Below, one piece after another: positions 22,468 through 32,000 of a stretch of DNA of 32,000 nt. The position numbers and the translations under genes are program-made. The notes under the pieces are model-generated. The model was not told the DNA's origin. It worked only from the letters and a program-made list of their open reading frames with translations, and ran no database searches. Origin of the DNA: Promethearchaeota archaeon (lineage in GTDB: Archaea; Asgardarchaeota; Lokiarchaeia; Sigyniarchaeales; SOKP01); the NCBI GenBank assembly GCA_030606485.1, contig JAUWGH010000007.1:60001-92000 (forward strand). Reading direction: 5' to 3'. Position 1 is the stretch's first letter, and every line of letters starts with the position of its first letter.

Positions 22468-22801
22468 GCCCTATTAGCAAATTCCATAAATTTTTTAAAT
22501 ATTAACTTATAAAATCCAACAATTTTAATTCTATTTGAATATTTTTTATATTTTTTTAATAACCTCTTAAGATATAAACAAAAGAAAATAATAAATGAAA
22601 ACTCCATTTTACTTTATTAATTTTTACAATTAATCAAAGTAATATAATAAATTTTTTATATTTTTATAAAAAATAATAGCACTGTATATCGCTTTAACAG
22701 ATATTGAATATCTCCTTAATAATAGGAATAAAATATAATATGGTACTATATAGTTTTACATTACAGATTTTACAACTATAAAAAAGAATATTTGGTTTAG
22801 T

Positions 22802-25800
22802 ATGGTAGTATTAAGTAAACGGCAAGAAGAATATTTTAATGAGCTAGAACAACGAATAAATCAAATTTATGATATTGCAAAAGAAGCGAAAAGTAGGGGG
22901 TTAGATCCATCAACAGATGTAGAGTCTCCTATTGCTAAGGATCTTGCTGGGAGAGTAGAAACTTTAATTGGACCAAAAGGAATTGCTAAACGCATTAGAG
23001 AGTTAAAAGCGAATGGATTAAATGAAGATGAAATTGTATTTGAAATTGCAACAGAAATATTAGATAAAAAATTAGGTAACATTGAATCAAAGGATGAAAG
23101 AGTTGATAGAGCAATTAGAGCAGCATTAGCGATTAAAACACAAGGTGTTGTTTCAGCTCCATTGGAAGGAATTTCAAGAATTCTTATCCGAAAAGACAAT
23201 TTAGGTAACTCTTATTTATCTTTGTACTTTGCTGGACCTATACGAGCCGCTGGTGGAACAACGACTGCATTATGCATATTACTTGCTGATATGGTAAGAA
23301 AAAAAATAAATTTAGCTAAATATAAGGCTACTGAGGGAGAAATTGGGCGAATGGTGGAAGAAATAAAACTTTATAATCGTATTTTAAATTTGCAATATCC
23401 TGCATCTAATGAGGAAATTAGATTTGCAGTTAAAAATTTACCTGTAGAAATTAATGGAGACCCAACAGAAAAAGAAGAGGTATCAGCTTTTCGGGATCTC
23501 CCTCGAATAGATACTAATAGAATTAGGGGTGGTGCATGTTTAGTTTTAAATGACGGAATCCTTTTAAAAAAAAGCAAACTTCAAAAGATTACCAAGGAAA
23601 TGAATTTAAGTGGATGGGAATGGCTGGATGAGTTAATAAAAGTATCTGAATCAGGTGAATCGAAATTAAATAAAGAGAATATAATATCTAAGCATCAAAA
23701 AATTGTGAAAAATGAAAAATTCATTGCTGATATTATCGCTGGAAGACCAGTCTTTAGTTATCCTTCAGAAACTGGAGGTCATCGAATTCGCTACGGTAGG
23801 TCACGCAATAGTGGATTGGCTGCATGCGGGATGCATCCAGTAACAATGACTCTTTTAGATAATTTTGTAGCCATTGGCACTCAAGTTAAAATAGAAAGAC
23901 CCGGAAAAAGTGCCTCTATTGTTCCAGTTTCTAGTATTGAAACACCAATTGTTCTGTTAAAAAATGGAAACGTAGTAAAGATAAAAACCAAATCTATGGC
24001 TAATAAATTATACAAAGATATTGAAAAAATTCTCTTTTTGGGAGATATTCTTATTAGTTTTGGAGAATTTGTTGAAAATAATCATATTTTAGTCCCATCT
24101 GGATATTGTGAAGAATGGTGGGCTCTAGATTTAAAGAATTCATTGGAAAAGAATAAAGAAAAAATTAAAAAATTTCCCATTGAGGAAGAGAGATTAAAAT
24201 CTTATCATACGGACTTCTTTAAAAAGATACCTTCTGCGGAAGAAGCAATTGCTATTAGTAAAATTCTAAATATTCCACTTCATCCGGTTTATACTGATTT
24301 TTGGAATAACTTAACATTAAAAGAAATCATCTCATTAAGAAAGTTCTTTATAGATAATTATAAAAATGGGATTTTAACTTTGGATATAATTCCAGAAATT
24401 AAATCTATCCTAGAGAAAGCTTTTATCCCGCATAGAATTATTGACAATAAAATTGTATTTAGCAAGGCAAAAAATAAAATCTATGAGGAAATTTTCGGTT
24501 TAAAATCTAAAAAAGATATTGATCTCTCTAAAATATCAAATATCTTTGACTTATTCAATTCATTATCTGCCATGAAAATCAAAAATATGTGTTACCATTA
24601 TATAGGATCCCGGATGGGGCGACCAGAAAAATCTGAAGAAAAGAAAATGAAACCTCCAATTCATGTATTATTTCCCTTAAGTAAAAAAGTAGGCAGCTCT
24701 CGTACTATTCAAAAAGCAATTGAATTGGGTAAGATCAAAATTGATATTTGCAGAAAAAAATGCCCTAATTGCAATACGATTACTATTTTTAATAAATGCA
24801 ACACATGTGGAACTCACACAAATTTCCAAAAATTTTGCCCTAATTGCAAGAAATTCGTTGATGCAAAAAATGTATCTTGTCCATATTGTAACGGAATGCT
24901 GAAAAACTCAACTCCAGCATTATTCAATTTTAAAAAATATGTTAATTCAATTATGAAAGAGATAAATCATTCTCTTCCCAATGTCAAGGGTGTATATGGG
25001 CTTACAAATTTAATGAAAGTTGCAGAACCACTCCAAAAAGGAATCTTGAGAGCATTACACGGAGTTTTTGTATATAAAGATGGCACAATTCGTTATGATG
25101 CAACTGATCTCCCATTGACACACTTCAAACCAAATGAAATTGGTACTTCTATAAAGAAACTAATTGAATTTGGTTATTTATATGACATTTATGGGAAACC
25201 TCTTGAAAACAATGAACAAATTCTTGAATTAAAAGTACAAGATATTCTTTTATCTGAACATAGTGCAAAATATTTTGTAAAAGTTGCCAATTTTCTTGAT
25301 GATGAATTGAAAACTTTCTATAATATAAATCCATTTTATAATATTAAGAATACATCTGATTTAATAGGCCAAATCTTTATAGGCTTAGCACCCCATACTT
25401 CCGCAGGAATAATTGGGAGAGCTATTGGCTTTTCATCAGCTAGAGCTATTTACGCACACCCTTTCTGGCATGCTGCGAAACGTCGAAATTGTGATGGGGA
25501 TGAAGATGGATTGATGCTATTAATGGATTGTTTACTTAATTTTTCACTGCATTATCTTCCAAGTAAAATTGGAGGAAAAATGGATGAACCACTTGTTATA
25601 TCAGTAAGGCTTGACCCAAATGAAATTGATTCAGAGGCCCATAACATTGATACTCTTTATCAATATCCCTTAGAATTTTATGAAAGTACAGAGAAATATT
25701 TGGATCCTATTGAAATAATAGATAAAATGGAATTGGAAAGCACACGTCTCGGATCTGAACTCCAATTTGAACAACTTGGATTCACTCATCCCACTGAATC

Positions 25801-26245
25801 AATTAATGCTGGCCCTCTTACTACGGCTTATAAATTATATGAAACAATAGATGAAAAAATACATGCTCAATTATATTTGGCAAAAATCATAAAGTCTGTA
25901 AATGTCCAAGATGTTGCCAGAAGAATTTTAAAAACTCATTTTACTCCTGACATTCTTGGAAACCTGCGTTCATTCACCAATCAAAACTTTAGGTGTGTTA
26001 AATGTAATGAAAAATATAGAACCCCACCTTTATACACAGGAGGAATATGTAAGTGTGGTGGAAAAATCATCTTAACAGTGAATCGTGGTGGGATCGAAAA
26101 ATATATACCCCGGTCATTAAAGATAATAAAAGAATTTGATTTAGATAATTATACTAAACAAAGAATGGAATTAATTGAGTCATACGTAAAATCCGTAGCT
26201 AACAATCCAAAAATAAGGCAACATCATTTATCAGACTTTTTCTAA
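22802..26245 (+). CDS. polC: DNA polymerase D large subunit DP2 (no intein)
   Basis: GVVSAPLEGI, YFAGPIRAAGGT, RIRYGRSR, RMGRPEK, DGTIRYD, catalytic KRRNCDGDED, Zn modules. Confidence 0.99.
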   Translation: MVVLSKRQEEYFNELEQRINQIYDIAKEAKSRGLDPSTDVESPIAKDLAGRVETLIGPKGIAKRIRELKANGLNEDEIVFEIATEILDKKLGNIESKDERVDRAIRAALAIKTQGVVSAPLEGISRILIRKDNLGNSYLSLYFAGPIRAAGGTTTALCILLADMVRKKINLAKYKATEGEIGRMVEEIKLYNRILNLQYPASNEEIRFAVKNLPVEINGDPTEKEEVSAFRDLPRIDTNRIRGGACLVLNDGILLKKSKLQKITKEMNLSGWEWLDELIKVSESGESKLNKENIISKHQKIVKNEKFIADIIAGRPVFSYPSETGGHRIRYGRSRNSGLAACGMHPVTMTLLDNFVAIGTQVKIERPGKSASIVPVSSIETPIVLLKNGNVVKIKTKSMANKLYKDIEKILFLGDILISFGEFVENNHILVPSGYCEEWWALDLKNSLEKNKEKIKKFPIEEERLKSYHTDFFKKIPSAEEAIAISKILNIPLHPVYTDFWNNLTLKEIISLRKFFIDNYKNGILTLDIIPEIKSILEKAFIPHRIIDNKIVFSKAKNKIYEEIFGLKSKKDIDLSKISNIFDLFNSLSAMKIKNMCYHYIGSRMGRPEKSEEKKMKPPIHVLFPLSKKVGSSRTIQKAIELGKIKIDICRKKCPNCNTITIFNKCNTCGTHTNFQKFCPNCKKFVDAKNVSCPYCNGMLKNSTPALFNFKKYVNSIMKEINHSLPNVKGVYGLTNLMKVAEPLQKGILRALHGVFVYKDGTIRYDATDLPLTHFKPNEIGTSIKKLIEFGYLYDIYGKPLENNEQILELKVQDILLSEHSAKYFVKVANFLDDELKTFYNINPFYNIKNTSDLIGQIFIGLAPHTSAGIIGRAIGFSSARAIYAHPFWHAAKRRNCDGDEDGLMLLMDCLLNFSLHYLPSKIGGKMDEPLVISVRLDPNEIDSEAHNIDTLYQYPLEFYESTEKYLDPIEIIDKMELESTRLGSELQFEQLGFTHPTESINAGPLTTAYKLYETIDEKIHAQLYLAKIIKSVNVQDVARRILKTHFTPDILGNLRSFTNQNFRCVKCNEKYRTPPLYTGGICKCGGKIILTVNRGGIEKYIPRSLKIIKEFDLDNYTKQRMELIESYVKSVANNPKIRQHHLSDFF

Positions 26246-26435
26246 TCCTATCCTAAATCAAATTTTTTACTCACTTCTATTAAAACGCGATTATAAAAAA
26301 TCTAAATTAATATTACAATTGATTTTTTAAATAAGCAAAATTATGTTAAAATTATAAGAAACAGTAAATGTAATTAATATTTTACTTAAGAATCCACAAA
26401 AAAAATAGTGTTTAAAGAAAGGTATTGGTTTTAGA

Positions 26436-28835
26436 TTGAGTACTGAAAACCCACTGCAAAGAACCATCAAGTTAAAAATGGATCTTCTTTCAAGTGATTA
26501 TGATTTATGCATAGAACGTATTAAATTCTTTACCGAAATATATAAAGAAAACAAAGAAGACCCTGAAATTTTGAAAAGAGCTAAGGCACTTGCACACACT
26601 TTAAAGAACATGACTATTTTTATTAGAAATGATGAATTGCTTGTCGGAAATGAAACGAGTAAAAATTTAGGTGAGAAAATCAATTTTGATTTACTTTCCT
26701 ATGATGATAATTTTAGTAAACGTAGTAGTATTTTAAAATTCGGAAAAAGAAAACTTCAACCTTTCCAAATTGAAGATCATGAAATTGATGATTTATTAGA
26801 GATTGTTCCATTTTGGAAGGGAAAAGCTTTATATAGTGAAATTATATATCAACGATTGGTTGATGAAAAGCTTATCAGTAGCTCTAGAAAGTTAGCTGCT
26901 GTTGTTCCTAATATCGCTATCCAAATAGGAACTTCTGAAGGTCATTTATCTGCTGGTTATGAAAAATTACTAAAACTAGGTTATGCTGGAATAATTAAAG
27001 AAGCTGAATCATATCAAAAACTACTAGATAAGAATGATCATAAATATCAGGAAAAAAAAGATTTTTATGAAGCTGTAAAGATATATTATAAAGCAGCCAT
27101 TGATTTTTTATTACGTTATTCAGATCTTGCTTATGTAAAAGCATATAATGAAAAAAATGACCAGCGAAAAAATGAACTCGAAACCATTGCAGAAATGATG
27201 AAAAAATTTGGTCAAAAGCCTCCTGATTCCTTCTATGAAGCGATTCAGTATATATGGTTTACTCAAAATATAATAAACATCATTTATAATAGAAGTGTTG
27301 TCGCTTTAGGAAGATTAGATCAAATCTTATGGCCCTATTATCAAAAAGATTTAAAACAAAATAAGATTACTCACGAATTTGCTTTAGAATTAATAGAAGA
27401 ATTAAATTTAAAATTAACTTGGAATGTTACAATATTACCAACAGATTATACAATGATTGCCAATGCACTAGGTCAAAACACTCAAACAATAACTATTTCT
27501 GGGATGGATAAAAATGGAGTTGATGCCACAAATGATCTTTCTTATCTCTTTCTTGAAGCTTATAGAAATCTAAAGATTTTTACTACGGACTTATCGGTAA
27601 GAATACACAAAAATACACCAAAAGAATTTTTTAAAGAAACAATAAAAGTTTTCAAATACACCTCAGGAATAGCATTTTATAATGATGATATAATAATCCC
27701 ATCATTGGTTAAAGCAGGATATTCTTTAGAAGATGCTCGAGATTATGTTTTAATTGGATGCGTTGAACCTACTGGGCAAGGTAACAGTTTTGAAGCAACT
27801 GCTCGAATGTTTCTGAATTTACCTGGTGTTTTAGAATTAACTTTGAATAATGGGTATAGTAATATGTCAAAAATTGTTGATGGATTACAGACTGGAGATC
27901 CAACAATCTTTAAGACTTTTGAAGATCTTTTAGTAGCATTTATTCATCAATTAAAATTTAATATAAATAAGTCAGTAAAAATAGCAGAAGTGGGTGATAT
28001 TGAAGTAATGAAATACTTTCAAGATCCATTCATTTCAGCTACATTAAAAGGATGTATGGAGAGTGGTAAGGATTATGTTTGTGGAGGTGCAAAATATAAC
28101 TTTTCTTCCATAACCGGGTATGGTTTTGCAACATTAGTTGATTCATTATTTAACATTAAAAAAGTAGTATATGAAGAAAACCTAATATCGCTTCCTGAAT
28201 TCATTCAAATTATGAATTCTAATTTTAAAGATAAAGAATTATTTCGACAAAAATTGATTAACAACTATGATAAATGGGGAAATGATAAAAAAAATATTGA
28301 TTCCCTTGCAATAGAGTTATGGGATTTATATAGTTCTGAAGTTGCTAAATATGTATCACTCAGAGGAGGTAGATATAATGCCGGAGCATATTCAATGGGT
28401 ATACATGTTATGGAAGGTTTTTTTACCAGACCTACTGCTGATGGAAGAAAAGCAATGGAACCGATATCAAATAGTTTATCTCCCGTAAATAAAGTTGAAA
28501 AAAATGGAATTACAGCAATTTTAAATTCTGTAGCAAAATTAAATTATGATTACGCTACAAATGGAGTTGCAGTTAACATTAGAATTCATCCGCAAAATCT
28601 TGAAAAGGAGGAAAACGTAGACAAATTTTATTTCTTATTAAAATCCTACTTTGATTCAGGGGGTATGCAAATTCAACTAAATGTAGTTTCAACAGAAACT
28701 CTTAAAGATGCTCAGAAACATCCTGAAAAATACATTGATTTAATCGTAAAAGTAGGTGGATATAATGCAACATTTATTGATCTTGGAACACCAATTCAAA
28801 ATGACATAATTAACAGGTTAGAAAATATTTTTTAA
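26436..28835 (+). CDS. Glycyl-radical enzyme (PFL2/PflD-like, single Cys), substrate unknown
   Basis: GRLDQILWPYY, GCVEP, YGFATLVDSL, GGMQIQLNV, radical-Gly loop VKVGGYN. TTG start. Confidence 0.92.
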   Translation: MSTENPLQRTIKLKMDLLSSDYDLCIERIKFFTEIYKENKEDPEILKRAKALAHTLKNMTIFIRNDELLVGNETSKNLGEKINFDLLSYDDNFSKRSSILKFGKRKLQPFQIEDHEIDDLLEIVPFWKGKALYSEIIYQRLVDEKLISSSRKLAAVVPNIAIQIGTSEGHLSAGYEKLLKLGYAGIIKEAESYQKLLDKNDHKYQEKKDFYEAVKIYYKAAIDFLLRYSDLAYVKAYNEKNDQRKNELETIAEMMKKFGQKPPDSFYEAIQYIWFTQNIINIIYNRSVVALGRLDQILWPYYQKDLKQNKITHEFALELIEELNLKLTWNVTILPTDYTMIANALGQNTQTITISGMDKNGVDATNDLSYLFLEAYRNLKIFTTDLSVRIHKNTPKEFFKETIKVFKYTSGIAFYNDDIIIPSLVKAGYSLEDARDYVLIGCVEPTGQGNSFEATARMFLNLPGVLELTLNNGYSNMSKIVDGLQTGDPTIFKTFEDLLVAFIHQLKFNINKSVKIAEVGDIEVMKYFQDPFISATLKGCMESGKDYVCGGAKYNFSSITGYGFATLVDSLFNIKKVVYEENLISLPEFIQIMNSNFKDKELFRQKLINNYDKWGNDKKNIDSLAIELWDLYSSEVAKYVSLRGGRYNAGAYSMGIHVMEGFFTRPTADGRKAMEPISNSLSPVNKVEKNGITAILNSVAKLNYDYATNGVAVNIRIHPQNLEKEENVDKFYFLLKSYFDSGGMQIQLNVVSTETLKDAQKHPEKYIDLIVKVGGYNATFIDLGTPIQNDIINRLENIF

Positions 28836-28905
28836 TCAAACTTAAATTAAGAAAACACGAAATTTTGTTTCTTAATTATTTTTATCTAAAATTAAAAAAT
28901 TTAAT

Positions 28906-29018
28906 TGGTGAAGGAGGGGGGATTTGAACCCCCGAAGGCCTACGCCAATGGAACCTCAGTCCATCACCTCTAATCTCTTGATCTATATCAAGATTTGACC
29001 ATGCTTGGCGACTCCTTC
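28906..29018 (-). tRNA. tRNA-Leu(GAG) with 25-nt intron at ~21/22; CCA encoded
   Basis: Acceptor GAAGGAG/CTCCTTC; anticodon arm ATGGA-CT-GAG-GT-TCCAT. Intron 28970..28994 has helix GGTC/GATT, bulges AA|A and AG|A, and a 7-bp hairpin. Confidence 0.93.
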
Positions 29019-29230
29019 TCGATTTAGAATTTTTTAAAGAAATAAAGTCCAATTAATTATTTTAATAAAAAATTAAAAATTTTTCCAATTTAATTAGAAA
29101 AACAAATATTTAGATTATCATCCGAATAAGTTATTAATTTTATCTAAAAAATTTTTATTAAAGTCTATTATATTTTACTTAATTCTTATATTATTTACAA
29201 TTATAACTATAATTATATTAATTCCATGTC

Positions 29231-30238
29231 ATGTCAATAGATAGAAAAAAATTAGAAGCTTTATTAAGATGGTATTTTAATACTGTTGGAGAAGATCTTT
29301 TAGCCGCAATAATTGTAGATAGAGAAGGATTGGTCCTAGCCTCACAATCTCGAGAAGATAAAATTGATGAGGAAATAATTGGTGGTTTATCTTCACTAAT
29401 CGAGCCTGTATTGAAAAGAATTACACAAGAATTTAGTTCAGGGAATTTTGGGACAGGAACATTTGATACTGAGGAATATAGACTAATTTTTTGCGAAGCC
29501 GGAGAGGATGCTGTTTTTATCTCAATCTTGGATGGTATTGCAATGATTGATCCCATTTTTCCCTATGCTTATTTAGCTGCAGAAAAAATTGCAAGAATAT
29601 TTGATGGCCGAGAGGTAAGTCCCGTTATACCAAATCTTTATAAAAAGGTTGGGTCAGAAATAATTACAAAAAAAGAAGGAAAACTTCAACAGATTGGCGT
29701 AAAATCGGAAGAGTATGCTTACAAATTAATTCTTGGCGGAGAAGGCGGTGTTGGTAAGACTTCTATGGTAATGAGATTTGTTCATGATAATTTCCAAGAA
29801 AGTTATAAAGCAACAATAGGCACAAACATTATGAAAAAAGAATGTGAATTTAAAGATTTGAATACAAAAGTTCGTTTCGTCGTATGGGATCTTGCAGGAC
29901 AAGCTCAATTCGCTCGAGTTCGCCAAACCTATCTACGAAATTCTGAAGCAGGATTACTAGTATTTGATGTAACGAGAAGAGATACTTTTGATAAAATAAA
30001 GAAATGGCATGAAGAAATATTAAAAGATTCGAAGAAAACATCTTTAATTTTAGTGGGAAATAAAATTGATTTGATAGACCAGAGGGATGTAACAAAAGAA
30101 GAAGCAGAAGCACTCGCAAAAGAATTATGTCTCTCATATTTTGAAACTTCTGCGAAAGATGGAACAGGAATAAATGATGCATTTGAAATGCTTGCATTCC
30201 AAATGATTGATAAATTTCTTACCGTTAAAGAAATATAA
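29231..30238 (+). CDS. Roadblock/LAMTOR-like domain fused to Rab-like small GTPase
   Basis: N-terminal AAIIVDREGLVLAS roadblock pattern; G1 GEGGVGKT, G3 WDLAGQ, G4 NKID, G5 ETSAK. Confidence 0.92.
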   Translation: MSIDRKKLEALLRWYFNTVGEDLLAAIIVDREGLVLASQSREDKIDEEIIGGLSSLIEPVLKRITQEFSSGNFGTGTFDTEEYRLIFCEAGEDAVFISILDGIAMIDPIFPYAYLAAEKIARIFDGREVSPVIPNLYKKVGSEIITKKEGKLQQIGVKSEEYAYKLILGGEGGVGKTSMVMRFVHDNFQESYKATIGTNIMKKECEFKDLNTKVRFVVWDLAGQAQFARVRQTYLRNSEAGLLVFDVTRRDTFDKIKKWHEEILKDSKKTSLILVGNKIDLIDQRDVTKEEAEALAKELCLSYFETSAKDGTGINDAFEMLAFQMIDKFLTVKEI

Positions 30239-30244
30239 CAATAA

Positions 30245-30341
30245 AGCCTCTGGAGGGAATTGAACCCTCGACCTTCTGATTACGACTTCTGTGCTTTAAT
30301 ACATATACATATCAGACGCTATACCACTAGGCTACAGAGGC
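30245..30341 (-). tRNA. tRNA-Thr(CGT) with 25-nt intron at 32/33
   Basis: Acceptor GCCTCTG/CAGAGGC with U73. Intron 30286..30310 has a perfect TCTG/CAGA helix and bulges AT|A and AG|T. The spliced loop is TT-CGT-AA. Confidence 0.92.
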
Positions 30342-30429
30342 ATTTTTATAAATACCTTTAAAAATTAAATAATAATAATTTTAAAGTAGTTATAAATTTT
30401 TTTTCAGAAAAGCATACTCAAGAAAAGCA

Positions 30430-31464
30430 ATGAAAAGATTAACTCTCAAAGAACTTGGGGAATCAAAAATCATTGAGATTATCGAACAATTAATTTTTGA
30501 AAAGACCGGTGAAAAAATACAAAATGATGATGCTTTTTTTATGAATTTGAAAATTAAAGGTAATTTAAATCAAAATTACGTTGTTATTAATACCGATATG
30601 CTCGTTTCTACTTCAGATATTCCCCAACAAATGACCCCCTTTCATATCGGACGAAAATCAATTATTATGAATATTAGTGATCTACTAGTAAAGGGAATCA
30701 CACCGGTGGCAGTAATTATCTCTTTAGGACTTCCAAATGATATGCTACTAACCGATTTCAAAGAACTTATGAAGGGAATAATTGAGACTTGTAAAAAATT
30801 TAATTTGAAGTATCTAGGAGGAGATCTTAATGAAACTAAAGAGGAGATAATTATAAACCCGACTGTATTTGGATTCGGACAAAAAAACAAAATAATCTAC
30901 AGAAAAGGAATGAAAGTTGAGGATCTTTTATGCATAAATGGGTGTTTTGGTCTTACTGGAGTTGGTTTTAATATTATTTTAAATAAATTTGGAGATTTTT
31001 CTAATCTAAAGTATAAAAAAGCAATCGATTCTGTTCTTAATCCTTCGGTTAGCAAAATAGAAGGTAAAATTCTGGCAGAAAACAAATTAGCAACGTCAAG
31101 TATTGACTCTTCTGATGGATTAGCAAAATCTCTAAAAGAACTTACTAAAGCAAATAATAATTTTGGTTTTGAAATTAACCTCAATGATGTTCCAACAGAA
31201 AACTTTGTTAAAGAATATTCTGAAAAATTTAATATCCCATTTGAAAAATTAATTTTTAATGGTGGGGAAGAATTTATCCACCTTTTCACTATTGATCCCA
31301 ATAATTTTAACAAAGCCGCAAAATTAATTAAAGAAAAAAATGGTTATCTTATTCCAATAGGAAAAGTAATAGCAGAAAATAAAATTTATATTATAAAAGA
31401 TGATAAAAGAAATGTCCTAAAAGATTTTGGATATGAGCACTTTATAACGGTGCATGATAAGTAA
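30430..31464 (+). CDS. thiL: Thiamine-monophosphate kinase
   Basis: LGESKII, DDA, TDMLV, NISDL..KG, GGDLNE, IDSSDGLA, GGEEF. Confidence 0.93.
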   Translation: MKRLTLKELGESKIIEIIEQLIFEKTGEKIQNDDAFFMNLKIKGNLNQNYVVINTDMLVSTSDIPQQMTPFHIGRKSIIMNISDLLVKGITPVAVIISLGLPNDMLLTDFKELMKGIIETCKKFNLKYLGGDLNETKEEIIINPTVFGFGQKNKIIYRKGMKVEDLLCINGCFGLTGVGFNIILNKFGDFSNLKYKKAIDSVLNPSVSKIEGKILAENKLATSSIDSSDGLAKSLKELTKANNNFGFEINLNDVPTENFVKEYSEKFNIPFEKLIFNGGEEFIHLFTIDPNNFNKAAKLIKEKNGYLIPIGKVIAENKIYIIKDDKRNVLKDFGYEHFITVHDK

Positions 31465-31543
31465 AAGAATTAATAAAATTTTTATTTTATTTAATATTAT
31501 ATTGAAATCAAATCTATAATTTTTAAAGAAAAAAATAATATAA

Positions 31544-31616
31544 GGGCTTGTGGCGCAGTCAGGTAGCGCAACGGGCTTTTAACCCGCAGGTCGGGGGTTC
31601 AACTCCCCTCAAGCCC
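31544..31616 (+). tRNA. tRNA-Lys(TTT), intronless
   Basis: Acceptor GGGCTTG/CAAGCCC, D stem GCGC/GCGC, anticodon loop CT-TTT-AA, T loop TTCAACT. Confidence 0.95.
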
Positions 31617-31703
31617 GTTTAAAATCATTCTTCTAATTTAATGAAAGGTTTTTACTAGGTTCATAAAATAATTAAATGTGTATAATTTAAACAATAATAA
31701 GGC

Positions 31704-32000
31704 ATGAAATTTCAAGATCAGCTCTTAATTAAATCGGAATCACCAATAAACGAAGATTATGGTTGTAGACCTGAAGATCGGGATATTGAAACATATATAA
31801 ATTATGGAATTATCAATCTTGATAAACCAAAAGGACCCACAAGTCATGAAGTGGTAACTTGGGTACGAAAAATTTTAGGAGTACAAAAAACTGGGCATGG
31901 TGGGACTTTAGACCCAAAAGTAACCGGGATATTGCCTTGTGCCATAAATAAATCAACAAAAGCAGTTTCTTACTTATTAAATTCAAAAAAAGAATATGTT
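31704..32000 (+). CDS. cbf5: H/ACA pseudouridine synthase Cbf5 (TruB family), 5' part, truncated by window end
   Basis: My translation from ATG 31704 reads ...GIINLDKPKGPTSHEVV.WV.KILG..KTGHGGTLDPKVTG.LP... This gene is not in the ORF track. Confidence 0.95.
   Translation, partial: MKFQDQLLIKSESPINEDYGCRPEDRDIETYINYGIINLDKPKGPTSHEVVTWVRKILGVQKTGHGGTLDPKVTGILPCAINKSTKAVSYLLNSKKEYV

Noticed and set aside
22468-22801. Short palindromes (GATATTGAATATC, ACTATATAGT) in the DP1/DP2 divergent promoter as operators or ORBs
   Set aside because: Such palindromes are expected by chance in very AT-rich DNA, and they do not match the mini-ORB motif.
18500-26245. Inteins in Cdc6, DP1 or DP2
   Set aside because: Lengths are normal, motifs are contiguous, and there are no intein splice-junction signatures.
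26246-28905. GRE gene as a tRNA-integrated island
   Set aside because: There is no duplicated tRNA 3' end (att site), no integrase and no obvious compositional shift.

Overview
Very AT-rich archaeal housekeeping region, almost certainly from an Asgard (Lokiarchaeia/Promethearchaeota-like) genome: it has a profilin-like gene, a roadblock-Rab-like GTPase fusion and a 23S rRNA with ES9/ES39-type expansions. It encodes a stand-alone 23S rRNA (no adjacent 16S or 5S), four complete tRNAs, archaeal CoA-pathway genes (PoK, PPS, KPR), aRF1, pyrH, carS, thiL, a partial cbf5, a glycyl-radical enzyme, and a replication cluster (cdc6/orc1, PolD DP1 and DP2) preceded by three mini-ORB-like motifs (candidate oriC). 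The most striking signal is a set of bulge-helix-bulge (BHB) splicing substrates that the ORF track misses. These are a 30-nt BHB intron inside the conserved 23S GACAC^AGG motif, a perfect BHB pre-23S processing stem, tRNA introns at non-canonical positions (21/22, 32/33), and a two-intron tRNA-Leu(CAA) whose anticodon probably sits in a ~5-nt micro-exon. There is also an orphan tRNA-Leu 3' half (split tRNA or relic). All protein calls come from motif recognition by eye; no searches were run.
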